DNA of 62,064 nt, filler included, from Desulfonatronovibrionaceae bacterium (GCA_046539845.1; 5 parts of 5 records of this genome joined end to end with filler, not necessarily neighbours in it), one strand, 5' to 3'; shown: positions 8,500 to 18,808, numbered from the whole stretch's first letter. Numbers and translations are program-made. Notes: generated by a model from the letters alone, not told the origin.

Positions 8500-9879
8500 C
8501 TAGCCGACCATGAGTGAATCCTCGGCCCGGGAAAAATGCTCTGTTTTCTGCCAGCTCTGAAGCAGGCTCAAAAACAGGATAAGCCCCAGCCTGCCGGTGA
8601 ACATGAGGATAATGAGCACGCATTTCCCGACAGTGCTCAAATTCGGGGTCAGACCGGTGGACAGGCCGACTGTGGCAAAGGCGGACACACATTCGAACAA
8701 AAGATCCTGAAAAAGCCCGTGCGCCTGCGGATGGGGCTTGCCCCCGCCCTCGACAAGCAAAAGCAGAAACACCGAACTCAGAATGAGCAACAAAGAGAAG
8801 ATTACCAGGGCCAGCATTTTATTCACCGTCTCCCGGTCCAGGGCGAATTTGTCGACCACCACCTGCTGCCTGCCCTTGATGCTGGACCAGGCAAAGGCCA
8901 AAATGGAGCGGAAAGTGGTGGTCTTTATCCCGCCGGCGCACGAGGCCGGAGACCCGCCGATGAACATAAGCAAGATCAAGATCAGCAAAGAGGCGTTGGT
9001 CATGTACCCGATGTCCACGGTAGTGAACCCCGCCGTCCTGCTGGTCACGGACTGAAAGAGACCGGCCAGTATATGCGTGCCCCATCCGGCCTCGGATCCT
9101 TCTACCCGGCCTGCGGGCTCGGTCAAAATAAGCGCCACCCACCCGAAAAGGATCAAAAACAAAGTGGTGCTCAATACAATCCTGGAATGCCAGGAAATAT
9201 GGGCGGTCTTACGCAGGCCGGTTCTTCCCCGGCTGAAACGGGGCCTGTACAATCCGCTTACTTCCAGTAGCACCCCAAAGCCCAGACCGCCCAGAACGAT
9301 TAGTATCATAAAGCATAGATTGACAAAGAGGTTGTCCTGGAAGCGGACCAGGCTGTCCGAAAAAAGGGAAAACCCGGCATTACAGAAGGCAGAGACCGCA
9401 TGGAAAAGGGCGGAGAAGGGGCTGAACTCGGCCGGGGACAAAAAGTACAAAACAACCGCTCCGATCAGCTCGAGCCCGACAACGGTCAGCACCATTTTCT
9501 GTAAAAATTTACCCAGACTGAATCCGTGGCTGTGCAAAAGGGTCTGACCCAAAGCGATATTGTCGGTAATGGAGATCTTTTTTCTCCACAGATAAAAGAT
9601 TAGGCTGGCGTAGGTCATGATCCCCAGGCCGCCAAGCTGGATCATGACCAGGATCATTGTCTGACCAAATCCGGAAAAAAAGGATCCGGTATCCACTACA
9701 ATCAGGCCGGTGACACAGGTCGCGGAAGTGGCCGTAAACAGGGCGTCCACCCAGAAAATCCCTTCCCCGGCCGTGGACACGGGCAGACAGAGGACAAAGG
9801 TGCCGGCCAAAATGGTCACGGCAAACAAAACAACCGGAAGGACAAATGGATTGAGTATCTTTCTTCTGTGCATGCGCAT
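8500..9879 (-). CDS. trkH: Trk/Ktr K+ uptake membrane subunit
   Basis: Four pore loops: SATCVTGL, SAFCNAGF, SRTAGF, SAFATVGLSTG. Confidence 0.92.
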   Translation of the reverse strand: MRMHRRKILNPFVLPVVLFAVTILAGTFVLCLPVSTAGEGIFWVDALFTATSATCVTGLIVVDTGSFFSGFGQTMILVMIQLGGLGIMTYASLIFYLWRKKISITDNIALGQTLLHSHGFSLGKFLQKMVLTVVGLELIGAVVLYFLSPAEFSPFSALFHAVSAFCNAGFSLFSDSLVRFQDNLFVNLCFMILIVLGGLGFGVLLEVSGLYRPRFSRGRTGLRKTAHISWHSRIVLSTTLFLILFGWVALILTEPAGRVEGSEAGWGTHILAGLFQSVTSRTAGFTTVDIGYMTNASLLILILLMFIGGSPASCAGGIKTTTFRSILAFAWSSIKGRQQVVVDKFALDRETVNKMLALVIFSLLLILSSVFLLLLVEGGGKPHPQAHGLFQDLLFECVSAFATVGLSTGLTPNLSTVGKCVLIILMFTGRLGLILFLSLLQSWQKTEHFSRAEDSLMVG

Positions 9880-9958
9880 GTGCTGTCCGCCCGAAAATCT
9901 CCTGAACTGCCTCTCGGCCTTATAAACGTTTTGTTTCCTGTCTCAACAGGAGGCCAAA

Positions 9959-11872
9959 TTATCCGTGTTCTTTTTTTACCGGCCCGGGATAGTTTTCAAA
10001 CAGTTTGCGGATATGCTTTCGTATGTTCTGGGCCTTTTTCGGCCCGATACCGGGCACTGACTGCAGTTCCTCGGTCTTTACTCCAGCCAGGGCCTGCACG
10101 GTCCCGAACCTTTCCCGCAGGAGCCCGGCAGTTTCCGGCCCCACTCCGGGTATGGATTCCATTGAGCTTACCGTCTGGGTCCGGCTGCGCGAGCCGCGCA
10201 TTTTGTTCAAAACGAAACGATGGGCCTCGTCCCGCAGACGCTGCAGAAACAAAAGCTCTTTGCTCCCGGGGGCAATATTCAGGGGGTTCTTGCGGCCGGG
10301 GACAAAGAGGCGGTCTTCCAGCTCCCCCTGGGTCCGACTCGCTCCCTTGGCAATCGCGGCCAAGGGAAAAAGCTCCCTGTTCTTTGTCTGACAAAGGTAG
10401 TCAAAGACCGCGTTCAGCTGACCCTTTCCCCCGTCAATCAAGAGCAGATCCGGCCAGGGAGGACCGGACCGGAGACGACGGGCCACAAATTCCCTCAGCC
10501 CGGCATAATCGTCTCCGCCCGAGGCCGCGGACAGATTATAGATACGGTACTCGTCTTTTTTGAATTCACCGTCAACCGCGGCCACCTTTCCGGCCCGCGG
10601 GCTCTGTCCGGATTGGTGGGAGATATCCACGCACTCCACATGCCGGGGCTCTTCTTCCAGCCCAAATAGCCGGGCCAGAGCCGGGGCCTTGTGCTCCCGG
10701 CCGGTTTTTATGTGCTCCAGGCGGCTGTTTTCCGCCGCCATGCCCACCAGCTCCTTTATGGACCTGCCCCGGGCAGTTTCCAGGCGAACATCCCCGCCGC
10801 GGCAATCTTTTAAAACCGATTCAATGGCCGGGTCCTCGAGATTAAAAGGCAAAACAATACGCGGCGGGATAAAGGAGTTTTTGGTATAAAACTGACTCAA
10901 AAAGCTGACCAGCATGTCCGCAAGCTCGGCCTGTTCCAGCTGATATTCCGGCCAGAAAAAATTTCGGCTGTCCAGTGTCTTCCCGTCCCGGACAAAAATT
11001 ATCCCCAAGCAGAGACCGTCCGGGGCGTAGCTCCAGCCCAAAACATCCACGTCCCCTCCCCCGGGAATGACCACCGCCTGCCTTTTTACTGTTTCCCGAA
11101 CTGCCTTTATCCGGTCCCGTAATACGGCCGCGGCCTCGAAACGGAGCTCTTCGGCCGCCCTGTGCATATCGTCTTCCATACGCTGGATCAGGGGGGACGC
11201 CCGGCCGCGCAGAAACATAATCACCCTGGATACGATCCCGGAATACTCCTCCTCGGATATGTCTTGAACACACGGAGCCAGGCATCTGTTCAGGTGATAC
11301 TGCAAACAGGGCCTGCTCCGGTTTCGGAAATTGCGATCGCTGCATTTGCGGATGGGAAAAAGGCGATGGATGGCCTTCAGGGTCTGCCGGGCTTTGTCTG
11401 CGGAGGCAAAAGGACCAAAATACTTGGCCCGGTCTCTGCCCACCTTCCGGGTTAGCTCGATTCTGGGGTATTTTTGCCCGGTATTGATTTTAAATAGTAG
11501 GTAGCGTTTGTCGTCGCGCAGGACTATATTGTATCTGGGCCGGTGCTTTTTTATCAGACTGGCTTCCAGAAGAAGGGCTTCTTTTTCCGATGAGGTGCAT
11601 ATGGTATTCACGCTCCGGGCCCGGGACAGCATGACCCTGGTCTTGGCCGGGAGTCTGTCCTGCCCGGTGAAATAAGAGGCCAGACGTCTGCTCAGTACTT
11701 TGGCCTTGCCCGCATAGATGATGCGGCCGCGTGCGTCCTTGAACAGATATACCCCGGGTTGATCCGGATAGGCCCCGGGATCATCCCGAAACAGGTCTCC
11801 CTGCGGCCCGGGCGTTGCTTCAGCCTGTTTTTCCTTCATCTGCGATCTGTTTGAGCCTTGCCCGGACCTCAT
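9959..11872 (-). CDS. uvrC: Excinuclease ABC subunit C
   Basis: GIY-YIG (PGVYLF..IIYAGKA), Cys-rich motif, ECVDISH, LIDGGKGQL, RLRDEAHRF and HhH motifs. Alternative start at 11839. Confidence 0.95.
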   Translation of the reverse strand: MRSGQGSNRSQMKEKQAEATPGPQGDLFRDDPGAYPDQPGVYLFKDARGRIIYAGKAKVLSRRLASYFTGQDRLPAKTRVMLSRARSVNTICTSSEKEALLLEASLIKKHRPRYNIVLRDDKRYLLFKINTGQKYPRIELTRKVGRDRAKYFGPFASADKARQTLKAIHRLFPIRKCSDRNFRNRSRPCLQYHLNRCLAPCVQDISEEEYSGIVSRVIMFLRGRASPLIQRMEDDMHRAAEELRFEAAAVLRDRIKAVRETVKRQAVVIPGGGDVDVLGWSYAPDGLCLGIIFVRDGKTLDSRNFFWPEYQLEQAELADMLVSFLSQFYTKNSFIPPRIVLPFNLEDPAIESVLKDCRGGDVRLETARGRSIKELVGMAAENSRLEHIKTGREHKAPALARLFGLEEEPRHVECVDISHQSGQSPRAGKVAAVDGEFKKDEYRIYNLSAASGGDDYAGLREFVARRLRSGPPWPDLLLIDGGKGQLNAVFDYLCQTKNRELFPLAAIAKGASRTQGELEDRLFVPGRKNPLNIAPGSKELLFLQRLRDEAHRFVLNKMRGSRSRTQTVSSMESIPGVGPETAGLLRERFGTVQALAGVKTEELQSVPGIGPKKAQNIRKHIRKLFENYPGPVKKEHG

Positions 11873-12599
11873 TTTTGTTCTTTGAATACACCCGTGCGGC
11901 CGCCTTTTTGATCCGCTTCTTAAGTCCGGCGCTTAATTCAGGTAAATCCGGAAATATCGGAATATCATAGTCTGCCAAGTCCAATGCGTCCATTTTCAGG
12001 TCCTCATCCAAACTGTACGTCAAATCCGCGCCAGCTATCCGTTCCTTAACCGCTTGCTGAACATCCATTCTCTTGGCGAACTGCAGGACATCGCTGGACT
12101 TGTGATAGTAGTTCAGGCGGTCGATCCGGGTGTTTAACTGCTCCAGCCACCTGTTTAGATAGGAATAGCTTATGGTGACCACCTTTTTCCCGGGTACATC
12201 CGGGTGCTGGATATACTTGCCGTGGTTGTACACCTGCACGGCCTCTGCAGTGGCCCGGTAGAGAACGGTCAGAAAGCGGTAGTAACGGGAAAATGGCCTC
12301 AAAGCGAAGGGCAGGGTGATGTCAGCCTCGGTCGGGGCCGGCTCCTCCTGGACAGAGGACAGGTCCTCGGCGCCGAATATCTGCCAAAACATCCTGCTGT
12401 GGTGTTCCCGAAGTAAAAGGGAGTTTATGAGGGAGACCAAACGCTTTATATCCCGGGCTTTGTCCTTCAGCTCTTCGGTCTTATTCTTGAACAGCTCGAT
12501 CTCTTCCTCGAGCTTGCGGCGTTTGCCGAAAAAGGTGTCCGCCGCCTCTTTCATGGCCTCATCAGTAAGATCTTCGGCTAGCCTGTCTATAGGAGCCAT
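11820..12599 (-). CDS. Hypothetical protein upstream of and overlapping uvrC
   Basis: 259-aa ORF with AAGGAG RBS before ATG 12599 and a coiled-coil-like N-terminus; no motif recognised. Confidence 0.75.
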   Translation of the reverse strand: MAPIDRLAEDLTDEAMKEAADTFFGKRRKLEEEIELFKNKTEELKDKARDIKRLVSLINSLLLREHHSRMFWQIFGAEDLSSVQEEPAPTEADITLPFALRPFSRYYRFLTVLYRATAEAVQVYNHGKYIQHPDVPGKKVVTISYSYLNRWLEQLNTRIDRLNYYHKSSDVLQFAKRMDVQQAVKERIAGADLTYSLDEDLKMDALDLADYDIPIFPDLPELSAGLKKRIKKAAARVYSKNKNEVRARLKQIADEGKTG

Positions 12600-12931
12600 G
12601 TTTTTCTCCTTGATATTTTTGGAGCTTGAAACTAGAAGATATCGTTTCGGGGACCGATGTCCTGGAAACATTCCAGTTATACAACCCGGGAACGGATACG
12701 GTTGCAACTCCGGAAAAGTAGCCAGTATTTCTTATCGGCTACCCGGGACCGGCCCGAAAAAGAAAATGGACCGCATATGTTTGATAATTCACACCCGGAC
12801 AAAAGACAACACGCCGGCCAGTGCCCGGAATGCGGCACCGGACTAATCATCAGGCGTCTGTGACGCAATGTAGTCATGTATTGCCGGGGATGCAATACGA
12901 ATTACAGGCCGGGGGACATACTTGAATATAT

Positions 12932-13031
12932 NNNNNNNNNNNNNNNNNNNNNNNNNNNNNNNNNNNNNNNNNNNNTTAATTAATTAANNNNNNNNNNNNN
13001 NNNNNNNNNNNNNNNNNNNNNNNNNNNNNNN
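12932..13031. other. Artificial contig linker
   Basis: N44-TTAATTAATTAA-N44, with stops in all six frames. Confidence 0.98.
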
Positions 13032-14636
13032 GTCCTTTTGAGCGAATCTTGCCGTATGTTAACGGAAACAGGCGGTTTCAAGAACTCCTGGATCGTTCTT
13101 CTCCGGGGAGACAGGCCCGGGGAATATTTTTATTCCGGATTCAATCATCATTTCTCTTCTATGGCCAAGAGCCTGGAAGAGGGGGAGATACCCTTTTGCG
13201 CTTGGGAAGCCATGCAGTCAAATGGACTGCACGTGGTGGAGACTCCGGAAAAAGATTGCCCGGCCTGCCCCCTGGCCGGGAAATATGCCGGAACTTCCGC
13301 CTTGATAATGCCCCTGAAGTATGAAGAGCGGGTTTTTGGATGGCTGTGCGTGTCTTTACCCCGGGAAATGGTTCATGACCGGGAGGAGCAGACCCTTTTC
13401 CTGGAGGTGGGAACGGATCTAGGCTATGCCCTGTGGGCTCTGGAGACGGAGTACGAAAAAGAGGCGGTGACCCGGGAATACCGGGCCGTTTTGGACTCCA
13501 CCCCGAATGCGGTTCTGGCCCTGGACCTGCAGGAGCGGATAACCCTTTTCAATCCCGGAGCAGAGGAACTCTATGAGTGTCCCGAAAAGGAAGCCCTGGG
13601 TGAGCCAATTTCCATTTTCTGTCCCACGGAGCTTTTGGCGGAGCAGAGGGAAAAATTTAGGATTGTCCGGGAACTGGGAAGGAAAAGCATTTATGAAACA
13701 GAACGCCTGACCAGGCAGGGTAAAAGAATCCCAGTGGAGGTCTCTCTGGGGCCCATCCGGGACGGACAGGGCAATCCGGCCGGGTACAGCTCCATTCTCC
13801 GGGATATAACCGAGCGTAAAAAATATGAGCAGGAGCTTGCCCGACTGAACGCGGATCTGAAGGCCAAGAATTCCGAGCTGGAGCAGGTGGTATATGTTGC
13901 TTCGCACGATCTGCGCACCCCGCTGGTGAATATTGACGGATACAGTCGGGAGCTCAGCACCTGCCTGCAGGAGCTCTCCCAAGAGCTGGGAAAAAATTTT
14001 CCCGCGGCCATGTCCTCGGAAATGGTAAAAAATGTGGTCCGGGAGGATGTCCCCGAGGCCCTGCATTATATTCAGACCAGCGCGGCCAAGATGGATAAGC
14101 TCTTGAGCGGACTGCTCCGGCTTTCCCGCACCGGCCGGGCCGCCCTGGAAATAAGGACTTTGGATATGAATGAGCTTGTGGCCAATGTAATCGACTCCAC
14201 TGAGTTTAAGATCCGGGAGGCCGGGGCAAAAGTGGAGGTGGCTGATCTGCCGTCGTGTGTCGGGGACGCGGTCCAGGTCAACCAGGTTTTCTCCAACCTG
14301 ATAGATAACGCCCTTAAATATCTTGACCCCTCCCGGCCGGGACTGATCCGGGTTTCCGGATGGAGAAAAAACGGTTTTTGTGTTTATTGCGTGCAGGACA
14401 ACGGCATGGGCATAAAAGCGGATCATCTTAAGAAGATATTTGAGATATTCCACAGGCTGGACCCCGGGCAGGGAACAGGAGAGGGCTTGGGATTGACCAT
14501 TGTCCGCAGAATAATGGACCGCCTGGGCGGTTCGGTATGGGCGGAGTCCTCTGCGGGCGAGGGCAGTTGTTTTTATTTGACTCTGCCCGCTGCACATGGA
14601 ATTGATAATGAAGAATCAATACCGGATTCCGGGTAA
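13032..14636 (+). CDS. GAF-PAS sensor histidine kinase, 5' end truncated by the contig edge
   Basis: H-box YVASHDLRTPL, N-box QVFSNLIDNALKY, G1 DNGMGI and G2 GEGLGL; PAS domain (FNPGAEELY). Confidence 0.9.
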   Translation, partial: VLLSESCRMLTETGGFKNSWIVLLRGDRPGEYFYSGFNHHFSSMAKSLEEGEIPFCAWEAMQSNGLHVVETPEKDCPACPLAGKYAGTSALIMPLKYEERVFGWLCVSLPREMVHDREEQTLFLEVGTDLGYALWALETEYEKEAVTREYRAVLDSTPNAVLALDLQERITLFNPGAEELYECPEKEALGEPISIFCPTELLAEQREKFRIVRELGRKSIYETERLTRQGKRIPVEVSLGPIRDGQGNPAGYSSILRDITERKKYEQELARLNADLKAKNSELEQVVYVASHDLRTPLVNIDGYSRELSTCLQELSQELGKNFPAAMSSEMVKNVVREDVPEALHYIQTSAAKMDKLLSGLLRLSRTGRAALEIRTLDMNELVANVIDSTEFKIREAGAKVEVADLPSCVGDAVQVNQVFSNLIDNALKYLDPSRPGLIRVSGWRKNGFCVYCVQDNGMGIKADHLKKIFEIFHRLDPGQGTGEGLGLTIVRRIMDRLGGSVWAESSAGEGSCFYLTLPAAHGIDNEESIPDSG

Positions 14637-14679
14637 TGTTTTTGGGATAAATAAGGATTTCTCCCAGGAGTTTAAAATA

Positions 14680-14919
14680 AACCGCCCGCTTCGCTAAAGT
14701 CGCGGAGGACGCCAAGGGTAAATATTTCTGTCCGCGGGGAAACCGCGGACAGAAAAGTTGCCCGATTCCTTTCGGGATCATTGTTGTTGATCCCTGTGGT
14801 TATAGCTGGTGAAGCGATCTTTTTGAAAGCAGCTTTCCCTGCTTTCAAAAATGTTCTGCTTGGCGAACTTCGAGTCTTGAGCCCGGCACTCAGGATTTCT
14901 GAGTGCCGGGCGGGCGGTT
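14680..14919. mobile_element. 240-bp gene-less MITE/REP-like element related to the repeats flanking the GxxExxY gene
   Basis: Terminal inverted repeat aaccgcccgc/gcgggcggtt; subterminal inverted arm at 14859-14882; four internal hairpins; 14680-14790 is colinear with 37999-38110. Confidence 0.7.
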
Positions 14920-15027
14920 CTAATTATTAAAGGTTAATATGGCCGAACCCATTTTGGGGAATGGCTGATTCCGGGTTTAAAATAAATCCGTGGTCCGGTA
15001 TAGAACGAACAAAATAAAGGATAATTC

Positions 15028-15471
15028 ATGTATGAGGATGTGGTTATACTCGTGGCCGAGGACGACGAGGGGCACGCCGGGCTGATCAAGAAAAACCTGA
15101 AAAGGACCGGGATAGTGAACGAAGTCCTTTTATTCGGGGACGGCCAGGAGATACTGGATTTTTTGCTTGGGGAAGGGCCGGGGGAACACATGCGGCACAA
15201 TACCGCGTATGTCCTTTTATTGGATATCCGTATGCCCAAGGTGGACGGCACCCAGGTCTTGAAAAGGTTAAAGGATCATCCGGAGCTGCGCAAAATGCCG
15301 GTGGTCATGATCACCACCACTGACGATCCCCGGGAAGTGGAAAAATGCCATGAACTGGGCTGCAACAATTATATCACCAAGCCCATCAACTATGACAGTT
15401 TTGTAAATACCATCCGGCAACTGGGCCTGTTTCTGGCCGTGGTCCGGGTCCCGGAGATAAACTCGGAGTAG
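15028..15471 (+). CDS. Single-domain response regulator (Rcp1-like)
   Basis: VAEDD, LLDIRMP, MITTT and YITKP motifs. Confidence 0.92.
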   Translation: MYEDVVILVAEDDEGHAGLIKKNLKRTGIVNEVLLFGDGQEILDFLLGEGPGEHMRHNTAYVLLLDIRMPKVDGTQVLKRLKDHPELRKMPVVMITTTDDPREVEKCHELGCNNYITKPINYDSFVNTIRQLGLFLAVVRVPEINSE

Positions 15472-15475
15472 TTGC

Positions 15476-17458
15476 ATGACCGAAATTCTTGATTCTTTTA
15501 TTTCCGCAGCCGCCCTGGGAGGGAATACCGAGGGCCGGGTAATGGTGGTGGATGATGACCAGGGTTTCAATAACCTGCTGGTCAAGACTCTCGGCCGGGC
15601 TGGATTCAAGCCCAAATCCGTGTTCACTGGCCAGGAGGCCGGAAAAGCCCTGCAAGCCGATCCGGATCTGGTCCTGGTCCTGGATAACAGGCTGCCGGAT
15701 ATTTCCGGAACCGAGCTGATAAAATCCCTGCATGCCCACGGATATAACCCGCCTTTTGTGGCCATTACCGGATACGGGGACGAACAGATAGCAGTGGAGC
15801 TGATGAAACTCGGGGCCAGGGACTATCTGATAAAAGGATTTGATATCCACGAGCTGCTGCCGGAGATACTCCACCGCGTTTTCCGGGAGATTGAAACGGA
15901 AAAAAAGCTGGTCCATGCGGAAAAAAAGCTCTTGCAGAGTGAGCGGGAAAAGGCCCTTCTCCTGGAGAGTATATCCAATCTGGTTGTGTTTTACGACTCT
16001 CCGGAGCTGCGGATAAAATGGGGCAATCAGGCGGCCGCGGATGCGGCCGGGATATCCTCCGGGGATCTTGCTGGCAGGCATTGCTACGAGATATGGGGAA
16101 TGCGCGATGACCCCTGCCCCGGATGCCCGGCCCTGGAATGCTTTGAAACGGGTAAGTGGGCGCAGGACCGGGAGCAGACCACCCCGGACGGCCGGATATG
16201 GAGGATAAACGCTTTTCCCGTGCGCGACAATGAAGGTGAATTTCTGGGAGTTGTGGAGGTAACCCGGGATATAACCCAACAGCAAAGAAGCAAGGAAAAG
16301 CTCATCCAGGCCAAAAAGGAGGCTGAGGCCGCGAACAAGGCCAAGTCCGATTTTCTGGCCAATATGAGCCATGAGCTGCGTACCCCGATGAATGGGATTA
16401 AGGGGATGCTCCAGCTCCTTGAGGATTCTGAAATGGACGCGGAACAAAGGGATTTTGTCCACAACGCGCTCAAATCCTCGGACCGCTTGGTGAATCTTTT
16501 AAGCGATATAGTGGATCTTTCCCGTATAGAAGCCGGCAATATCCACATAGCGGAGGAGTCTTTTCAGCCCAGGGAGGTAACGCAGGTTGCCGAGCATCTT
16601 TTCCGTCCAGCGTGCGAGCAAAAGGGCCTGGAGTTGGAGTTTAAAGTACACTCCGGTGTCCCGGATACTTTATTGGGCGACTCCACCCGGGTGCAGCAGG
16701 TCTTGAACAATCTGGTGGGCAATGCGGTCAAATATACGGATAAGGGCCGGATCGAGGTTGAAGTATGTCCGGCGGGCCAAGGGGACAGCAAAACGCAGCG
16801 GCTCCTTTTTTCCGTCTCTGATACCGGCATGGGCATTGAGGACGACATAGTGAGCTATCTGTTCAAGCCTTTTACCCAGGCGGACGAGGGTTACACCCGA
16901 AAATTTCAGGGGGCCGGCTTGGGCCTTTCCATTGTAAGCGAACTTGTTTCGGCAATGGGCGGAACCATTGCCGTGGACAGCGAATGCGGCCGGGGAAGCA
17001 CTTTTTATTTTTCCCTGCCATTTAAAACACTACAGGAAGAAAAAAGGGCGGATAAGGAGTCGGATGTGCAGGAAGCCTCCGCTCCTTCCAATCACAAGGT
17101 GCTGGTGGCCGAGGATGATATGATAAACCGCACCGCCCTTACCAAAATCCTGGAAAAGCATGATTGCGCGGTCCGGGCGGTGGAAAACGGCAGAGAGGTC
17201 CTGCAGGCCCTGCAGGAGGATGTATTTGACCTGGTGCTCATGGATGTGCAGATGCCCATAATGGACGGGGTTGAGGCCACCAGGGCCATCCGCAGCGGCC
17301 AACCCGGAATAGATTCCAGTATCCCGATTATCGCGGTTACCGCTCACGCCATGTCCGGGGACGAGGATAAATTTTTGCAGGCGGGGATGGACGGCTATCT
17401 GCCCAAGCCGGTGGATATGAACCAGTTTTACCGGATACTGGACCGGGTGATGAAGTAG
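15476..17458 (+). CDS. Hybrid histidine kinase (REC-PAS-HisKA-HATPase-REC)
   Basis: N-terminal REC (VVDDD, LDNRLP), FLANMSHELRTPM, GAGLGL and C-terminal LMDVQMP. Confidence 0.92.
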   Translation: MTEILDSFISAAALGGNTEGRVMVVDDDQGFNNLLVKTLGRAGFKPKSVFTGQEAGKALQADPDLVLVLDNRLPDISGTELIKSLHAHGYNPPFVAITGYGDEQIAVELMKLGARDYLIKGFDIHELLPEILHRVFREIETEKKLVHAEKKLLQSEREKALLLESISNLVVFYDSPELRIKWGNQAAADAAGISSGDLAGRHCYEIWGMRDDPCPGCPALECFETGKWAQDREQTTPDGRIWRINAFPVRDNEGEFLGVVEVTRDITQQQRSKEKLIQAKKEAEAANKAKSDFLANMSHELRTPMNGIKGMLQLLEDSEMDAEQRDFVHNALKSSDRLVNLLSDIVDLSRIEAGNIHIAEESFQPREVTQVAEHLFRPACEQKGLELEFKVHSGVPDTLLGDSTRVQQVLNNLVGNAVKYTDKGRIEVEVCPAGQGDSKTQRLLFSVSDTGMGIEDDIVSYLFKPFTQADEGYTRKFQGAGLGLSIVSELVSAMGGTIAVDSECGRGSTFYFSLPFKTLQEEKRADKESDVQEASAPSNHKVLVAEDDMINRTALTKILEKHDCAVRAVENGREVLQALQEDVFDLVLMDVQMPIMDGVEATRAIRSGQPGIDSSIPIIAVTAHAMSGDEDKFLQAGMDGYLPKPVDMNQFYRILDRVMK

Positions 17459-17477
17459 GGCAGGGTTATTGCGGTTT

Positions 17478-17620
17478 CCTGGATTCCTGATCCGTCATCC
17501 CGGTCCCTGACCCCGATCAGGAATCCAGGGTGCACTGGACTAGGCCAGCCGCGGAGGTTAATATTTCATCCCCGCTCCGTTATCCCGGACACCAATCCAG
17601 GACAGGGGTGACGGAACGGG
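17478..17620. repeat. Two intergenic REP-like hairpins
   Basis: Perfect 15-bp inverted repeat cctggattcctgatc (17478-17492 / 17515-17529); imperfect 16-bp inverted repeat 17571-17586 / 17605-17620. Confidence 0.65.
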
Positions 17621-17702
17621 TAATCCAGTATCCTGGTTTAACAAAACCTAAAATGTTTTGCGCAGATTCTTCGGATAAACCTAATCCATAAACGAGAACT
17701 CC

Positions 17703-18773
17703 ATGTCCAATAAGATAAAGGTCATGGCCGTGGATGATTCGGCCCTGGTCCGGCAGACCATGCAGGATATTCTGTCCGCTGATCCCGGGATAGAATTTAT
17801 AGCCGCGGCTTCCGATCCATTTGCGGCCGCGGAAAAGATGAAGCACCAGGCCCCGGATGTTTTGATCCTGGACGTGGAGATGCCGCGTATGGACGGGATC
17901 ACTTTCCTGCGCAAGATCATGACCCAGTCCCCGATCCCGGTGATCATCTGCTCCACTCTTACCCAGCAAGGCGCGGAAACCACGCTCAAGGCCATGGAAT
18001 ACGGGGCGGTGGACATAATTGAAAAGCCGAAGCTGGGAACCAAGAAATTTTTGCAGGAATCCAGCATACTCCTTTTGGACGCGGTCAAGGCCGCGGCCAG
18101 GGTCAAGGTGAGCAAGATACGCACCCTGCGCCCCATGCAGGTGGAGAAGAAACTGTCCGCGGACGCGGTCATGCCCTCGGCGAAAAGCCGGGCCATGGCC
18201 GAAACCACGGACAAGGTGGTCCTTATCGGGGCCTCCACCGGGGGAACCGAGGCCCTGCAGAAATATCTTTTGAATATGCCCCTGGATGCCCCGGGCACGG
18301 TCATTGTCCAGCACATGCCGGAGATGTTCACGGCTGCCTTTGCCCGCAGACTGGATCATATGTGTCAAATGGAGGTCAAAGAGGCCAAAGACGGGGACGC
18401 GGTCCTGCGCGGCCGGGCGCTTATCGCTCCCGGGAACAGGCATCTCATGCTCAAGAGGAGCGGGGCCAAGTATTATGTGCAGGTAAAGGAAGGTGCGCTG
18501 GTTTCCCGGCACAGGCCGTCCGTGGATGTACTCTTTCGCTCCGGGGCCAGATATTCCGGGAAAAATACGGTGGCGGTGATCATGACCGGGATGGGTGACG
18601 ACGGGGCCAAGGGTATGCTGGAGCTGCACAAGACCGGGGCCTTTTGCATTGCCCAGGACGAAAAAACAAGCGTGGTTTTCGGCATGCCCCAGGAGGCGAT
18701 CAAGCTGAACGCGGTGGACAAGATTGTTGGCCTGGATCAGATCCCGTCTGCTGTTTTGGAAAAGGCCAGATAG
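17703..18773 (+). CDS. cheB: Chemotaxis methylesterase
   Basis: REC domain plus GASTGG, VQHMP, RPSVD and MTGMGDDGA motifs. Confidence 0.96.
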   Translation: MSNKIKVMAVDDSALVRQTMQDILSADPGIEFIAAASDPFAAAEKMKHQAPDVLILDVEMPRMDGITFLRKIMTQSPIPVIICSTLTQQGAETTLKAMEYGAVDIIEKPKLGTKKFLQESSILLLDAVKAAARVKVSKIRTLRPMQVEKKLSADAVMPSAKSRAMAETTDKVVLIGASTGGTEALQKYLLNMPLDAPGTVIVQHMPEMFTAAFARRLDHMCQMEVKEAKDGDAVLRGRALIAPGNRHLMLKRSGAKYYVQVKEGALVSRHRPSVDVLFRSGARYSGKNTVAVIMTGMGDDGAKGMLELHKTGAFCIAQDEKTSVVFGMPQEAIKLNAVDKIVGLDQIPSAVLEKAR

Positions 18774-18808
18774 GCAAAAGTTTGGCCCGCCTGAACCGCT
18801 TCGTCCTT

